Shown here one piece after another: positions 1 to 11,780 of a stretch of DNA of 28,904 nt (positions are counted from its first letter, which is position 1; every line of letters starts with the position of its first letter). The notes below the pieces were generated by a model that was not told where the DNA came from, ran no database searches, and was given only the letters and a program-made list of their open reading frames with translations. Both the position numbers and the translations under genes were made by a program. This stretch comes from a virus (Duplodnaviria; Heunggongvirae; Uroviricota; Caudoviricetes): IMG/VR virus record IMGVR_UViG_2600254985_000007. One strand, 5' to 3'.

Positions 1-1464
<1,464 letters not shown>

Positions 1465-1495
1465 TTATGAATGATGATGGTTGTAGAAATGCGGA

Positions 1496-1828
1496 TTAAA
1501 CGATGCTGATTGCAGTACCGGCGAACGCGTTACGTTTAATGTTGTCGTCGGTGACGGCAGATGGCCAGAGGACATCTTCAATACGGAAAGAGCCAGATTT
1601 GTAATATGCCAGTTCCGCGCTGTTCTGGTCTGCGGTTACAGCCAGGATGCCCATTGCCGCGCCAGCATGAGCACCATCCCAGACGGTCAGCTTGCCAGAA
1701 GTGGCATCCAGCATGAGCGGCGTCATGGCTGGAGTGGAAGCCGTCAGTTCGCCAGGACCATACGCAGTGTGCGCCGGGTCGCTGTTACCGAGCGGCTGGT
1801 TATGTGTGAAAACTTCAGTAATTGCCAT
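1496..1828 (-). CDS. D: head decoration protein, lambda gpD family
   Basis: 110 aa, ending ...FAGTAISIV; matches lambda gpD length and conserved blocks ([23 protein letters not shown]-like). Confidence 0.92.
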   Translation of the reverse strand: MAITEVFTHNQPLGNSDPAHTAYGPGELTASTPAMTPLMLDATSGKLTVWDGAHAGAAMGILAVTADQNSAELAYYKSGSFRIEDVLWPSAVTDDNIKRNAFAGTAISIV

Positions 1829-1837
1829 GATAGCCTC

Positions 1838-3181
1838 TTAAACGGGGGTGTTTAACAAATCGTCAGCGGCATCAGAAGATGCGCTACCTGCTTGGAGTGC
1901 ACCGGGTGCTGTTTCCATCAAACGATCCAGCGCCGTATCGGTACGCATCTGGGCACTTTGCGGTGCAGCAGCCAGAATGCGCTGTGCGCTCTCTACCGTC
2001 ATACCCGGCGTTTCGGCCAGTGCTCGCGCCTGTGACTCACGCCCTTTAGCCTCGTCGCAGTTCAGGATGCCCATGATGCGACTATTCTCTGCAGCTACTG
2101 CTGCAGTAACCTGCGCACTGACATCTACAGGGGCTGCTACGGAAGCAATTGTCGTGTCAACGGTAGTGGCCTGTTCAGCTGATGCAGTTGTCTGAGTTGC
2201 TGCCTGGTCAACTGGCTTAGTGGTCACAGCTGATGCAGAAGGTGATGGCATAGTTCCTCCAAGGGTTGTTTTTTTGCGTCTGTCGAGTGCTTCGCGCATC
2301 ACGCCGAGCGCATCGGTATTGTTAACAAGTTCATCCGCCAGCCCGTTATCCAAAGATTCCTGGCCGGAGAATACTGCCGCTTCGGTGTCCAGCACGTCCT
2401 GAACAGACATGCCGGTATAAGCGGAAACCTTTTCGGCAAACATCTGACGAGTGGCATCGATACGCGTCTGGAAATCAGCACGCACATCTTTCGGAAGCTT
2501 TTCGTAAGGGTTGCCGTCGACCTTGCGATCGCCGCTGTAAATCAGCGTGACCTCAACGCCGTTAGTTTTGAGCGCAGCGCCATAGTTACTGTGCGCCATC
2601 ATGACCCCAATGGAGCCGGTTCTGGCCGTTTGTGTGACCAGCCGTCGCGATGCCGAACTGGCAATAAGCTGACCTGCACTGCAGTTCATGTCATTGGCCA
2701 GCGCCCAGATGGGTTTGATATCGCGCATACGGGCAATAATGTCGGCGCAGTCAAACGCCCCGGACACCATTCCACCCGGCGTATCCATATCCAGAAGAAT
2801 GCCGTCAACGCCGGGGTCACTGATTGCCTGCTGCAGGCGAGCAATGATCCCGTTGTAACCCGTCATCCCGGAATAAGGCTGAAGCGCACGGGTTTTACTG
2901 ACCAGCGTGCCGGAAACCGGCAAGACCGCGATACCATTTGCCACCTGATAGCTGCGTGATGGACGGGGATCCATGTCATCATCCTCACCAAACAGCGCCA
3001 GCGGTTCGGCTATTTGTCCGGCATCAAGCGTGATGCCAGAGACGGTATCTGTCAGCCGGGTGATGCCCAACTGGCCAGCCAGCGCGCAAAAGAAAACCCG
3101 CGCATAGGCGGGTTCAAGCATCAGCGGCTCATTAAAGGCCATACTGGCAATATGCGGAAGATTACGCAGCTCGTGCGCCAT
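1838..3181 (-). CDS. C: head maturation protease/scaffold, lambda gpC family (S49 peptidase); Nu3-like scaffold expected in-frame in the 3' half
   Basis: 447 aa in the lambda C position between B and D; ClpP/S49-like core; Ala/Thr/Gln-rich C-terminal scaffold-like region. Confidence 0.9.
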   Translation of the reverse strand: MAHELRNLPHIASMAFNEPLMLEPAYARVFFCALAGQLGITRLTDTVSGITLDAGQIAEPLALFGEDDDMDPRPSRSYQVANGIAVLPVSGTLVSKTRALQPYSGMTGYNGIIARLQQAISDPGVDGILLDMDTPGGMVSGAFDCADIIARMRDIKPIWALANDMNCSAGQLIASSASRRLVTQTARTGSIGVMMAHSNYGAALKTNGVEVTLIYSGDRKVDGNPYEKLPKDVRADFQTRIDATRQMFAEKVSAYTGMSVQDVLDTEAAVFSGQESLDNGLADELVNNTDALGVMREALDRRKKTTLGGTMPSPSASAVTTKPVDQAATQTTASAEQATTVDTTIASVAAPVDVSAQVTAAVAAENSRIMGILNCDEAKGRESQARALAETPGMTVESAQRILAAAPQSAQMRTDTALDRLMETAPGALQAGSASSDAADDLLNTPV

Positions 3182-4754
3182 CTTGCTCCTCCTCGTTTGA
3201 TTTTTTCACTCCGGCCTCAAAAGCTGCAGCGGCCCATGCCGGTGGTTTCAGACCCGCAGCACGACGCTCCATGGTTTCCCGGACCTGCTGGGCAAAAATC
3301 TCCTGATAATCATCACCGCGTTTGGCGCACTCTTTTTCATACGTGCTGAGACCTGCCTCAATGAGCATGACGGCCTCCTGTACCTCTTTCAGCCCGTCAA
3401 TTGCCATTCGACCAGAGCCAATCCAGTTGGCATTCCCCCAGGCTGTTCTCGCCTCCTGGAAACTGAACCGGGCTTTCGAAGGAAGCGTGACCACGCGGCG
3501 GACAATCGCCTCTTCAAGCCAGCAAAGAAACATCTGACAGGCCTGTCGGGATGCCACAAACTTGCGACGCCCCATAAAGTACGCCCAGGACTCGTTAGCA
3601 CTTGCGCGTGCGGTCGAGTAGCTCATCTGCGAATAGTTTCGCGAAAGCTGCTCATACGACACACCAAGCCCAGCGGCAATATAACGCAGCAGGGACTGTT
3701 CAAAAGTCGAGTAGCCGTTATCGGTATCCTGCGCCGACTGAAGGTTGAGAGAATCACCCGGCAACAGGTGTGGAACCCTTGCCCCACCCAGGCGAACAGG
3801 CGCAGCTGAGTAATAGGACGCCATTTCACCGAGCCAGCCCGTAAGTTTGCTCTGCTGCTCTTTATTATCCGCGCCGAGAATAAAGTCCATCGCCGATTGG
3901 GTATCCAGTTCACTCTCGATGGTAGCGGCATACATAGCCTTCACTATCGCGCTCTGGAGCTGGGTATTTTGCAGGGTATCGAGCATTTTCATCTGCTCCA
4001 TCACGCTGTAAAACGCATTGGCCCCACGGGTCTGTCCATCCTCCATCGGTTCGAATACATGGATAAATGAAGGTCGACCGCCGGGTAGTTCGCGAGGAAT
4101 GTAGGTCCAGTTCTGCGCCATCCAGCCGGGATAACCATCGTCGCTGACGTAATATCCCAGCGCAGCACCGCTATCATTTATTTTCACACCGGCGCGACAG
4201 TTCCGGGTATCACCGATATTATTCGGATTGCTGACGCGCTTCGGACTGACCATTTTGAACTGAGTACGGAAAAGACGCGTTGAATCGCTGTCCCAGGTCG
4301 CCTGCGTGCATAATTCACCGTTAAACGCGTGCATGGCCACACCTTCTCGGATCATCATCGTAAACGTTCGCTTACGCTCGGCATCAATCCCGCAAAAGTC
4401 GTCCTCGGCATACTCGTTCCAGGCGGCTTCTACATCCCGCGAAAATGCGCGTGAATCCTCCTCATTGATGCCAAGATAGCGCCAGCTCGGTCGATAGCTG
4501 AGTCTGAAAAATGACCCGACGATGTGGTCCTGGTGGAGCTGCACGGCGTTTGCCGCATAGCCATTATTTCTGACCAGATCGTCAGCACGGGCATTTCCGC
4601 GCGAGAAGTTAGGCAGAAGAGCCGCATCAGCACTTTCGCTTGGTGGATTCCAGCCCCGCAACTGACCACCAAACCCTCCGCCGCCGCCATGATACCCCGC
4701 GTATTCCCGGAGGGATGTTTTCCCGTCAGGACCCACTAAAGATGGTATTTTCAT
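3162..4754 (-). CDS. B: portal protein, lambda gpB family
   Basis: 530 aa, N-terminus [38 protein letters not shown]... typical of lambda B; overlaps C start as in lambda. Confidence 0.93.
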   Translation of the reverse strand: MKIPSLVGPDGKTSLREYAGYHGGGGGFGGQLRGWNPPSESADAALLPNFSRGNARADDLVRNNGYAANAVQLHQDHIVGSFFRLSYRPSWRYLGINEEDSRAFSRDVEAAWNEYAEDDFCGIDAERKRTFTMMIREGVAMHAFNGELCTQATWDSDSTRLFRTQFKMVSPKRVSNPNNIGDTRNCRAGVKINDSGAALGYYVSDDGYPGWMAQNWTYIPRELPGGRPSFIHVFEPMEDGQTRGANAFYSVMEQMKMLDTLQNTQLQSAIVKAMYAATIESELDTQSAMDFILGADNKEQQSKLTGWLGEMASYYSAAPVRLGGARVPHLLPGDSLNLQSAQDTDNGYSTFEQSLLRYIAAGLGVSYEQLSRNYSQMSYSTARASANESWAYFMGRRKFVASRQACQMFLCWLEEAIVRRVVTLPSKARFSFQEARTAWGNANWIGSGRMAIDGLKEVQEAVMLIEAGLSTYEKECAKRGDDYQEIFAQQVRETMERRAAGLKPPAWAAAAFEAGVKKSNEEEQDGARAA

Positions 4755-4957
4755 ACGTAAAACCTTGCAGGCCCCTGGCGTCGTGATGTGGTACCAACCT
4801 GAGATTCAAGGTCAGCAATATACTTTTTGAGATCGGTGACTGAGGTAGCTGTAAATTCCACTCTTCGACCGTCTTTCTGTACCGTCGCCACGCGCTTTCC
4901 CATCATCAGGTCATGTAACGCAGCGCGCGCGGCATCCAGTTCAGTCTGTGTTGCCAT
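4751..4957 (-). CDS. W: head-tail joining protein, lambda gpW family
   Basis: 68 aa, [32 protein letters not shown]... matches lambda gpW; ATGA overlap with B. Confidence 0.92.
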   Translation of the reverse strand: MATQTELDAARAALHDLMMGKRVATVQKDGRRVEFTATSVTDLKKYIADLESQVGTTSRRQGPARFYV

Positions 4958-6879
4958 TATTCCTCTCCAGACAATGCCCGCGCGTAATCCGCCAGGGTCT
5001 TGTTATTGTTACGGGTGCCTTCTTCCTCCAGCAGGCTGGCAAGAAGTGAATCAAGGTTAAGCTGCCAGCGGGATATGCTTATACGCAGCGCCGCCAGTGC
5101 ATAAACAAAGCAATCGAGCGCCTCATTTCGTCGTTTTTTGCTGTCCCAGACGATCTTTTTCTTTCCGTCTACCCATTTTTCCACCTGCTCTTCAGCTGTT
5201 AGTTGTTGGGCCTCTGTTAGATCGTAGATTTCTGGGTTATTCGGGAAATGAACCGCTCCCGCCAGCGGCTCGTCTCTTTGCGCCACCAGCGTGAAACGGT
5301 TATAAATCTGCTCTTTTGCGGTGTCTGTTCCTACCTCTGTGAGGTAAACACCATTCTTGTTACGCTTGCGTGGCATGTTCGCCACCGGCTTTCCATAAAC
5401 CGACGCCCCCTTTATAGGGATCACACGAAACAGACCGTGTTTTTTTGAGCGGTTGTAGACGATGGTGGGGTCAATACCGCCGATATCCCAGCAGATACGG
5501 GATACCGACATTTCCACGCCATTCTTTCGGAGATAGGTTTTGTTAATCGCCTCGTCCACCCTGACGAGGGTCGCTTCATCATCATGACGGCCCATAATGA
5601 TCTGCCGGTCAATCAGCCAGCTTTCCTCACCGGGCCCCCATCCCCAGACGCGCATTTCATATCGATCCAGTTGGGAGTCGATCCCGGCTGTCAGATAAGC
5701 AACACGCTCCGGTACGGATGCCCCGAAGAACTCTTTGCGTTCGGCCATGAGCTCCGCGTCAGGCCGTTCACCAATTTTAGGCTCCCATGTTTCGCCCAGA
5801 GTGGTGTTCACGAAGGTTTTACGCTTTCCTGTATCCCCTTTCGTTTTTAGCCAGTCTTTAACGATCTGAACCCAGGTGGTAAACGGGCTGTATGCCGTCC
5901 AGATGTGAAACGTCACGCTGTCTGGCGGGTCGATTTCGGTGCCTGTTGATGAAAACCAGGATAAACCGTCGCGCGTCCAGATCCCGGTGGTGTCGCAGAT
6001 GTAACGAGCTTCAGTGAAATCCAGCTCCTGCTGCTTAATGACGCAGGCATTATGTTCACACAGGTAAAAGACGCTGGAGGGTTCGCCCGGTGTCCATTTC
6101 AGCCCGAACGGGGTCTCTTTGTCGCCGAATTTAAGGTACTGCTCTTCACCACAGTGCGGACAGGCAACATGAAAACGCATGAAATGCCCGGACTCGCTGG
6201 CAGCACGCTCAATCTGGCAGGTCCCCTTTGTTTTTGGCGTTGAGCCGCGAATAGATTTGGGCCAGACAGACCCCTCAATACGTTTATCACCCAGGAACGT
6301 CGGGGATCCCTCTTTCTCAATATCTTCATCGAATGCCGCCAGTTCATCGTAACCGGCGACATCGACCGATTTCTCACGATAGTTTTTCGCCGCTTTACCA
6401 CCCAGACACCAGAACCCGCGACCGTTGGAGAAGCGTTTCATACTGAGCGTATTGTCCCGGTGCTTTTTTCCATACCAGGGGGCCAGCGCCAGAAGTGACG
6501 GAATATCGCGAATCGTCGGCTCAACATGCGACTTCATAAAGTTTTCGGCGTCACCATCAGTAGGCAGCCAGATAAGGGAATTTCGCTGCTTGTGCTGAAT
6601 AAAATACGCATAAACACCCAGCAACATTTTTGAATAGCCAACACGGGCAGACTTAACAACGTTGACCTCACGTATGTAATCGTTACCCATCGCATTCATG
6701 ATCGCGCGTTGAAACGGCAACGTTTCCCAGCGCCCTTCCTGGTAGGCCGACTCTTTGGGGAGATAGTAATTATCGTCTGCCCATTCAACCGCCGTTTGCG
6801 GCTCAGGTCGGTACAGCGAAAGTAGACCCGCGCGCGCAGAGTGCTGCAGCCCCTTAACCTGACTGTTCGATATATTCAC
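4957..6879 (-). CDS. A: terminase large subunit, lambda gpA family
   Basis: 640 aa with colinear resemblance to lambda gpA (N-terminal [19 protein letters not shown]...). Confidence 0.95.
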   Translation of the reverse strand: MNISNSQVKGLQHSARAGLLSLYRPEPQTAVEWADDNYYLPKESAYQEGRWETLPFQRAIMNAMGNDYIREVNVVKSARVGYSKMLLGVYAYFIQHKQRNSLIWLPTDGDAENFMKSHVEPTIRDIPSLLALAPWYGKKHRDNTLSMKRFSNGRGFWCLGGKAAKNYREKSVDVAGYDELAAFDEDIEKEGSPTFLGDKRIEGSVWPKSIRGSTPKTKGTCQIERAASESGHFMRFHVACPHCGEEQYLKFGDKETPFGLKWTPGEPSSVFYLCEHNACVIKQQELDFTEARYICDTTGIWTRDGLSWFSSTGTEIDPPDSVTFHIWTAYSPFTTWVQIVKDWLKTKGDTGKRKTFVNTTLGETWEPKIGERPDAELMAERKEFFGASVPERVAYLTAGIDSQLDRYEMRVWGWGPGEESWLIDRQIIMGRHDDEATLVRVDEAINKTYLRKNGVEMSVSRICWDIGGIDPTIVYNRSKKHGLFRVIPIKGASVYGKPVANMPRKRNKNGVYLTEVGTDTAKEQIYNRFTLVAQRDEPLAGAVHFPNNPEIYDLTEAQQLTAEEQVEKWVDGKKKIVWDSKKRRNEALDCFVYALAALRISISRWQLNLDSLLASLLEEEGTRNNNKTLADYARALSGEE

Positions 6880-7399
6880 TCAGCAACCCCGGTATTATTT
6901 CATCCAGCGCAGCTGCTTTGTTCATGGCTTTAATGATGTCCTTCTTGAGGAAATCAATATGTCGGTTTTCCAGCTCCGGGAAGCGCCGCTGAACCGACAG
7001 AGGAACTCCATCAAGAATGCTGGCTACTTCTCCGGCCATCCGCGACAGCACGAACGTGCAGAATGCGGTTTCCACCACCTCAGCGGAATCTTTTGCATTT
7101 TTTAGTTCCTGGGCATCTGCCTGCGCTCGGGTGAGGCGGTGACGCTCATAGTCAATCGTACCAGGCTGAAGGTCGGATTCCGATGCAAGACGAAGGTCTT
7201 CCACCTCCTTCCGTAATTTCTCATTCTCAATCGCCGCGTCGCGTGCGGAATACCATTCGATAGCCGCGGAAGATTCATAGAGGACCTCATTACCTTTTCC
7301 ACCGCCACGTGCTACAGGCATTCCCTGATCCTGCCAGTTCTGAATGGTTCGCACGCTGACCCCAAATATTTCAGAAAGACGCTTTTTGTTGACCTCCAT
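6854..7399 (-). CDS. Nu1: terminase small subunit, lambda Nu1 family
   Basis: 181 aa, MEVNKKRLSEIFGVSVRTIQNWQDQGMPV... matches lambda Nu1 (winged HTH N-terminus); overlaps A start. Confidence 0.95.
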   Translation of the reverse strand: MEVNKKRLSEIFGVSVRTIQNWQDQGMPVARGGGKGNEVLYESSAAIEWYSARDAAIENEKLRKEVEDLRLASESDLQPGTIDYERHRLTRAQADAQELKNAKDSAEVVETAFCTFVLSRMAGEVASILDGVPLSVQRRFPELENRHIDFLKKDIIKAMNKAAALDEIIPGLLSEYIEQSG

Positions 7400-7640
7400 A
7401 GCTCACTCCATACACAAAAACAGAGAAAGGAAACGCCCTCTGGCTATTTAGCCGTTTTTAAGGCTTATCATTTCCTTTCTTTTCAGGGGGTGTTTACAGT
7501 TAAAACAATGAATTAGCGAGAAGAAGAACGGAAACGGCAAATGCCTGAAAATTTTCATAAATAGCGAGAATCTGCGAGGTCGCCGCCCCGTAACAAGGCG
7601 GATCGCCGGAAAGGACCCGCAAATGATAATAATTATCAAT
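7400..7640 (-). other. cos: cos packaging site region; cosN 12-nt cohesive-end sequence at 7577-7588, cosB toward Nu1
   Basis: Minus strand reads GGGCGGCGACCT (lambda cohesive end) followed by a CGC..TCGCTATTTATG block resembling the lambda left end. Located directly upstream of Nu1. Confidence 0.85.
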
Positions 7641-7646
7641 TGCATA

Positions 7647-8375
7647 CTATCGACGGCACTGCTGCCAGATAACACCACCGGGGAAACATTCCATCATGAT
7701 GGCCGTGCGGACATAGGAAGCCAGTTCATCCATCGCTTTCTTGTCTGCTGCCATTTGCTTTGTGACATCCAGCGCCGCACATTCAGCAGCGTTTTTCAGC
7801 GCGTTTTCGATCAACGTTTCAATGTTGGTATCAACACCAGGTTTAACTTTGAACTTATCGGCACTGACGGTTACCTTGTTCTGCGCTGGCTCATCACGCT
7901 GGATACCAAGGCTGATGTTGTAGATATTGGTCACCGGCTGAGGTGTTTCGATTGCCGCTGCGTGGATAGCACCATTTGCGATAGCGGCGTCCTTGATGAA
8001 TGACACTCCATTGCGAATAAGTTCGAAGGAGACGGTGTCACGAATGCGCTGGTCCAGCTCGTCGATTGCCTTTTGTGCAGCAGAGGTATCAATCTCAACG
8101 CCAAGCGTCATCGAAGCGCAATATTGCTGCTCACCAAAACGCGTATTGACCAGGTGTTCAACGGCAAATTTCTGCCCTTCTGATGTCAGAAAGGTAAAGT
8201 GATTTTCTTTCTGGTATTCAGTTGCTGTGTGTCTGGTTTCAGCAAAACCAAGCTCGCGCAATTCGGCTGTGCCAGATTTAGAAGGCAGATCACCAGACAG
8301 CAACGCGCCACGGAAAAACAGCGCATACAGAACATCCGTCGCCGCGCCGGACAACGTGATAATTTTATGACCCAT
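7647..8375 (-). CDS. hypothetical phage accessory protein (242 aa), between lysis cassette and cos
   Basis: ORF with SD AAGGAA 7 nt upstream of the ATG; no family recognised. Shares a conserved ~110-nt leader with the Rha gene. Confidence 0.7.
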   Translation of the reverse strand: MGHKIITLSGAATDVLYALFFRGALLSGDLPSKSGTAELRELGFAETRHTATEYQKENHFTFLTSEGQKFAVEHLVNTRFGEQQYCASMTLGVEIDTSAAQKAIDELDQRIRDTVSFELIRNGVSFIKDAAIANGAIHAAAIETPQPVTNIYNISLGIQRDEPAQNKVTVSADKFKVKPGVDTNIETLIENALKNAAECAALDVTKQMAADKKAMDELASYVRTAIMMECFPGGVIWQQCRR

Positions 8376-8747
8376 GATTTATTTCCTTTTAGACGTGAGC
8401 CTGTCGCACAGCAAAGCCGCCGAAAGTTAACGGTTTGCCCAGGCTCACAACTGAAAGACTTTCTACGGTGTGCGCGTGCGATGCGCGTAGAAGACTGATT
8501 TATCAACCTGTCTTTATATCAGGATTCATTACCTGACTATTTGTGGGTAAAGTTCGTAGTGCGCTGATCGTGCAAAATGATTTTAGTTGGGAACAGTTCG
8601 CAACTCTGTCCCATAAAAATCAGCATATTCCCATCTATCCCATATCCAGCGCATTGACCATCGGGATACTGAAGGGAGATTCCATCATCTCTTAGAAAGA
8701 TCACCATCTCTTTTGTTTCAATTTGCATATAGCTACCTGGAGGATTT

Positions 8748-9362
8748 ATGAATACAAGGATTTTCATGGACTATTACCATGAGATTGATTTTCCATCTTT
8801 ATTCGCGAGAGCAGTGGAAAGCGATGACGATGTGGGTACTACATTGCGCATTCACCTACTTTGTGAGCGCATGGTCGAAGCATGGATATGCGCATGCTGT
8901 GACTGCCAAGATCTCTTTGGAAGAGATAAAAACAAACTTTTAATCGAATGTAATACTAAAATATCCATGGCGGGAAACCTGGGAATCCCCCCGGAACTTA
9001 TGAAATCACTTAAAACCATCAACTCAATGCGTAATGACCTTGCACACAATCCATCAATACAAAGCATTGCTGATTCAAGGATCCAGAGCCTGAAGGATAC
9101 TCTGACTGAATACTTTAAACAGCATCCAACGGAACCCAGCATGGAAGAATCAAAACTGGGTATTTTTAACGCCGAGAATCAATTAACCGAAGAAGTTTCC
9201 TTAGATAGTGACAGTTCAAAAAACAGACTTAAGTTAATCTTGCTGTTCAGCAAGTTAATGCAGGCGTTAATGCAATTAGTTGCAGCTAATCATAATGGGC
9301 GCTGGGATAACCAATTTAGCCAATTCGTTTACCATGTGACCATGAACGCAACAAAGAGATAA
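8748..9362 (+). CDS. hypothetical protein, AT-rich opposite-strand gene; contains an R-x4-H motif (possible HEPN-like fold)
   Basis: 204-aa ORF on the opposite strand to all flanking late genes; GGAGG upstream of the ATG; markedly AT-rich; contains MRNDLAHN. No family assignment possible by eye. Confidence 0.65.
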   Translation: MNTRIFMDYYHEIDFPSLFARAVESDDDVGTTLRIHLLCERMVEAWICACCDCQDLFGRDKNKLLIECNTKISMAGNLGIPPELMKSLKTINSMRNDLAHNPSIQSIADSRIQSLKDTLTEYFKQHPTEPSMEESKLGIFNAENQLTEEVSLDSDSSKNRLKLILLFSKLMQALMQLVAANHNGRWDNQFSQFVYHVTMNATKR

Positions 9363-9433
9363 ATCCAAGCCCGTTTTGTACGGGCTGTTGCATTATCACA
9401 GGCACTCAGTGAATGCCTGCTGTAATGCCGCGA

Positions 9434-9952
9434 TCAGCCAATCAACAATTCTGGCTGCGTTACCTGCATGATGTGCTCATGTTCGAGCTCCAGGACGCGC
9501 TTCTCTTTCTTCCGCTCGTTCATCAAACGGCTTCCGATCGTGCCTTTCAGCTTTGAGCGCGTTTCTTTGATGGCGTAGCGATGCTGCAATTCTTCACCCA
9601 TCGCCATGCGCCGGTTTAGCTGCTCGGCCATCCAGTTGAAGGCATTGATGTAACACTCCTTCACTGCGGCAGCTGTTTTGCCAGTGAATCCCATCACTAG
9701 CATCATGCATCCGTCGCGGGTGATGTTATACATAGGCTGAACATCGCCATTTTTATCAATGAAATCAATGGGCGCAAAATTGCGCTGGGTGAAGTCATCG
9801 GAGCATTTCAGGTTACGTATGGCACGCAAAACGTCTTTGTGTCGCTTGCCAAAGTAATCCGCCACCTTGAGTGATGTGGTGATTATCTTGTTGTCGAGGG
9901 TCGTGACCATTTCGCGGAAGTCGAAGGCCGGAATAACTGACGGATTATTCAT
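9434..9952 (-). CDS. rha: phage regulatory protein Rha family
   Basis: N-terminal block ...ITTSLKVADYFGKRHKDVLRAIRNL... is typical of Rha (Phage_pRha) proteins. Start assigned to the internal ATG at 9950-9952 (MNNPSV). Confidence 0.75.
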   Translation of the reverse strand: MNNPSVIPAFDFREMVTTLDNKIITTSLKVADYFGKRHKDVLRAIRNLKCSDDFTQRNFAPIDFIDKNGDVQPMYNITRDGCMMLVMGFTGKTAAAVKECYINAFNWMAEQLNRRMAMGEELQHRYAIKETRSKLKGTIGSRLMNERKKEKRVLELEHEHIMQVTQPELLIG

Positions 9953-10094
9953 AGCGTCTTTACCTTTTAGAAAGTGAGCCTGTCTCACAGAAAAGCCGCC
10001 CGAGAGAGGTCGCCACCTATAACGGCATTTCTCAGGCTCGCTTACTGAAAGGCTCTCGTTAATATGCGCGTGAGATGCGCGTTTACTGCGGACA

Positions 10095-10119
10095 TAAAAA
10101 AGCCCCGCATCGCGAGGCT
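10095..10119 (-). terminator. intrinsic terminator downstream of Rz
   Basis: Minus strand GCCTCGC-GAT-GCGGGGC hairpin (7 bp with one G-U) followed by TTTTTTAT. Confidence 0.6.
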
Positions 10120-10150
10120 CATTAAATTGACTTTGTGATTTGCAAAAAAA

Positions 10151-10609
10151 TTATTTCAGGCATTGCGTCCTGATGTATTCCTGCAGGTAGTTAACCTGCG
10201 CGGTTATCCTGTCGATTCCACTTCGGAGACGGTAATAATTGAGTTCAGCATCTGCTGTAAGTCTTGGGCTTTCTCCATCGCCCATGCTGCTGGCTCCGGT
10301 CGTTGACTTTGCACAGGTGGCGGCGACTTGCAGCCGCTTACGGCCAGCAATGACATCGCTATGCAGACGCTCAATGGTTTCTTTCGCATCAGCCAGTTCT
10401 CCGGTGTATTTGGCATCCAGTGCAGCGACATCACGCTGACGGGTCTGCATGTCTTTGATGGTGTCGTTAGCCAGGCGGAGACTTTTGGTGGCTTTGTCGC
10501 GCTGGTCTTTGTAGGTGATGGCGTTGTCGCGGTAGTGGTTAATGGCCCAGGCCATGGAAACCAGCAGGCAGATAACGACAGCGCAGATGATTGCGGTTAA
10601 TCGGCTCAT
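10151..10609 (-). CDS. Rz: i-spanin Rz
   Basis: [39 protein letters not shown]... closely resembles lambda Rz; ATGA overlap with the endolysin stop. Confidence 0.9.
   Translation of the reverse strand: MSRLTAIICAVVICLLVSMAWAINHYRDNAITYKDQRDKATKSLRLANDTIKDMQTRQRDVAALDAKYTGELADAKETIERLHSDVIAGRKRLQVAATCAKSTTGASSMGDGESPRLTADAELNYYRLRSGIDRITAQVNYLQEYIRTQCLK
10204..10389 (-). CDS. Rz1: o-spanin Rz1 (lipoprotein), embedded in the +1 frame of Rz
   Basis: [27 protein letters not shown]...: signal peptide with lipobox LAVSGC and a proline-rich mature part, nested inside Rz as in lambda. Confidence 0.8.
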   Translation of the reverse strand: MRKKPLSVCIAMSLLAVSGCKSPPPVQSQRPEPAAWAMEKAQDLQQMLNSIITVSEVESTG

Positions 10610-11100
10610 TTCTGGCCCCACTCGCAGACTTCACGCTCAATCTCGCGCCGGGTGATCAGCCCCTTCCACTGCTTGCCGCCAGCATAAGTCCAGCGCTGCA
10701 GTTCTTTACACGCACCCGGAACATCACCGGAGTTCAGCTTCTTCAGCAGCGTCGAGCTGGCAAAAGCACCAGAGCCAACGTTATAGGTGAAGGAGTAAAG
10801 CGCGGCGCGGGTTGGCTCAGGGATGCGAACCTTGATCAGCGGGTCGATGGCGCTTGCCACCTTTCGCAGATCTGCCTTAAGCAGGTTGTCACACTCTTTG
10901 TCGGTATATCGGTGACCGCGGCGAATGTCGGTACCAGTGTGCCCATCGCAAACGGTCCAGACGCCGACCACATCCTGATAGGCGTAATAACGCCGACCTT
11001 CGAGTCCATCCGCATTGCCCAGCATTACTGCAGCAATAGTGATTGCCCCTGATCCGCCAACAATGGCACCCACCAGCTTATTCCTCAACGTTGGGTTCAT
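10606..11100 (-). CDS. R: SAR endolysin (phage lysozyme, P21 R-like)
   Basis: 164 aa; N-terminal Gly/Ala-rich signal-anchor-release segment then ...[26 protein letters not shown]...[28 protein letters not shown], resembling P21-type lysozymes. Confidence 0.9.
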   Translation of the reverse strand: MNPTLRNKLVGAIVGGSGAITIAAVMLGNADGLEGRRYYAYQDVVGVWTVCDGHTGTDIRRGHRYTDKECDNLLKADLRKVASAIDPLIKVRIPEPTRAALYSFTYNVGSGAFASSTLLKKLNSGDVPGACKELQRWTYAGGKQWKGLITRREIEREVCEWGQK

Positions 11101-11302
11101 CTCGGCTCCTGCTGCGGCGGTTGTCTTCGCGGATTTTGAAATAGAGATTTGTCAGATACGTCATTACGGCAATGATGATACCCACCAGCACGCCGATAGC
11201 GTTCCACTGCTCGGGGCTGTAGGCATTCAACATGCCGTTTAGGATGCTCCCGGCTGAAGCGCCATAGGCAGCACCAGTGGTTAGTTTGTCCATGCGATAC
11301 AT
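11078..11302 (-). CDS. S: pinholin (class II holin, S21-like) with dual-start motif
   Basis: 74 aa, [19 protein letters not shown]...[28 protein letters not shown] resembles P21 S; overlaps the endolysin start. Confidence 0.88.
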   Translation of the reverse strand: MYRMDKLTTGAAYGASAGSILNGMLNAYSPEQWNAIGVLVGIIIAVMTYLTNLYFKIREDNRRSRSRDEPNVEE

Positions 11303-11339
11303 ACTCTCACCTCGCTTTGTGCGAGTGCTGTTGCTAGGA

Positions 11340-11366
11340 ATAAAAAAGGCCGCCGAACGGCAGCCT
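11340..11366 (-). terminator. intrinsic terminator in late leader just upstream of holin (tR'-like)
   Basis: Minus strand GGCUGCC-GUUC-GGCGGCC hairpin followed by TTTTTTATT. Confidence 0.65.
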
Positions 11367-11563
11367 TGTATTGATTGATAGTTTCCGGAGCTTCTTTCTC
11401 GCTAGGAAAGCAAAAAATTAAACAATCCTTAAGAATAGCCAGTTGATGCAAAAAATAATTAGCTTTTCAAATAGTTTTTAGCTGTTACCATTTCCACTAA
11501 GTTATGGCTTTACCTCTTTGTGGATAAAAGAAAGACAAGCGGGTATGAGATTGAGTCGTTATT

Positions 11564-11598
11564 GCGGAGAGGGGTGATGTCGTTCTCCGCGTTTTTTT
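11564..11598 (+). terminator. plus-strand intrinsic terminator-like hairpin in the Q-S intergenic region
   Basis: GCGGAGA ... TCTCCGC stem followed by GTTTTTTT on the plus strand. Confidence 0.45.
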
Positions 11599-11627
11599 GG
11601 CTCGAAGCGATTTAGGCCACAAAGAAA

Positions 11628-11669
11628 TAAAAAAAGCCCAAGGCGTTAACCTCGGGCTTGAATTTTTTT
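11628..11669. terminator. bidirectional stem-loop terminator about 40-75 nt downstream of the pR' start
   Basis: AAGCCCAAGG-CGTTAA-CCTCGGGCTT hairpin flanked by A7 on one side and T7 on the other. Confidence 0.55.
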
Positions 11670-11709
11670 GGCTTCGGAACGACTGAACGTATTCCCAGCG
11701 TTAGAGATG

Positions 11710-11738
11710 AATCTATCCAGTTTTTCCGCGAAATGCAA
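11710..11738 (-). promoter_or_regulatory. late promoter pR'-like (sigma70), immediately downstream of Q
   Basis: Minus strand TTGCAT-N17-TAGATT, placed as lambda pR' between Q and the lysis genes. Confidence 0.55.
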
Positions 11739-11780
11739 TACCTATTTCCTATATATTTTCAACATTAGGGAAAATTATTT

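Noticed and set aside
8537-8767. 76-aa minus-strand ORF overlapping the start of the AT-rich plus-strand gene
   Set aside because: No ribosome-binding site and it overlaps the better-supported plus-strand gene start; probably a chance ORF.
11380-11560. AT-rich spacer between Q and the holin, where Stx-type phages carry tRNAs or toxin genes
   Set aside because: No ORF longer than about 16 codons on either strand and no tRNA-like cloverleaf; treated as untranslated late leader.
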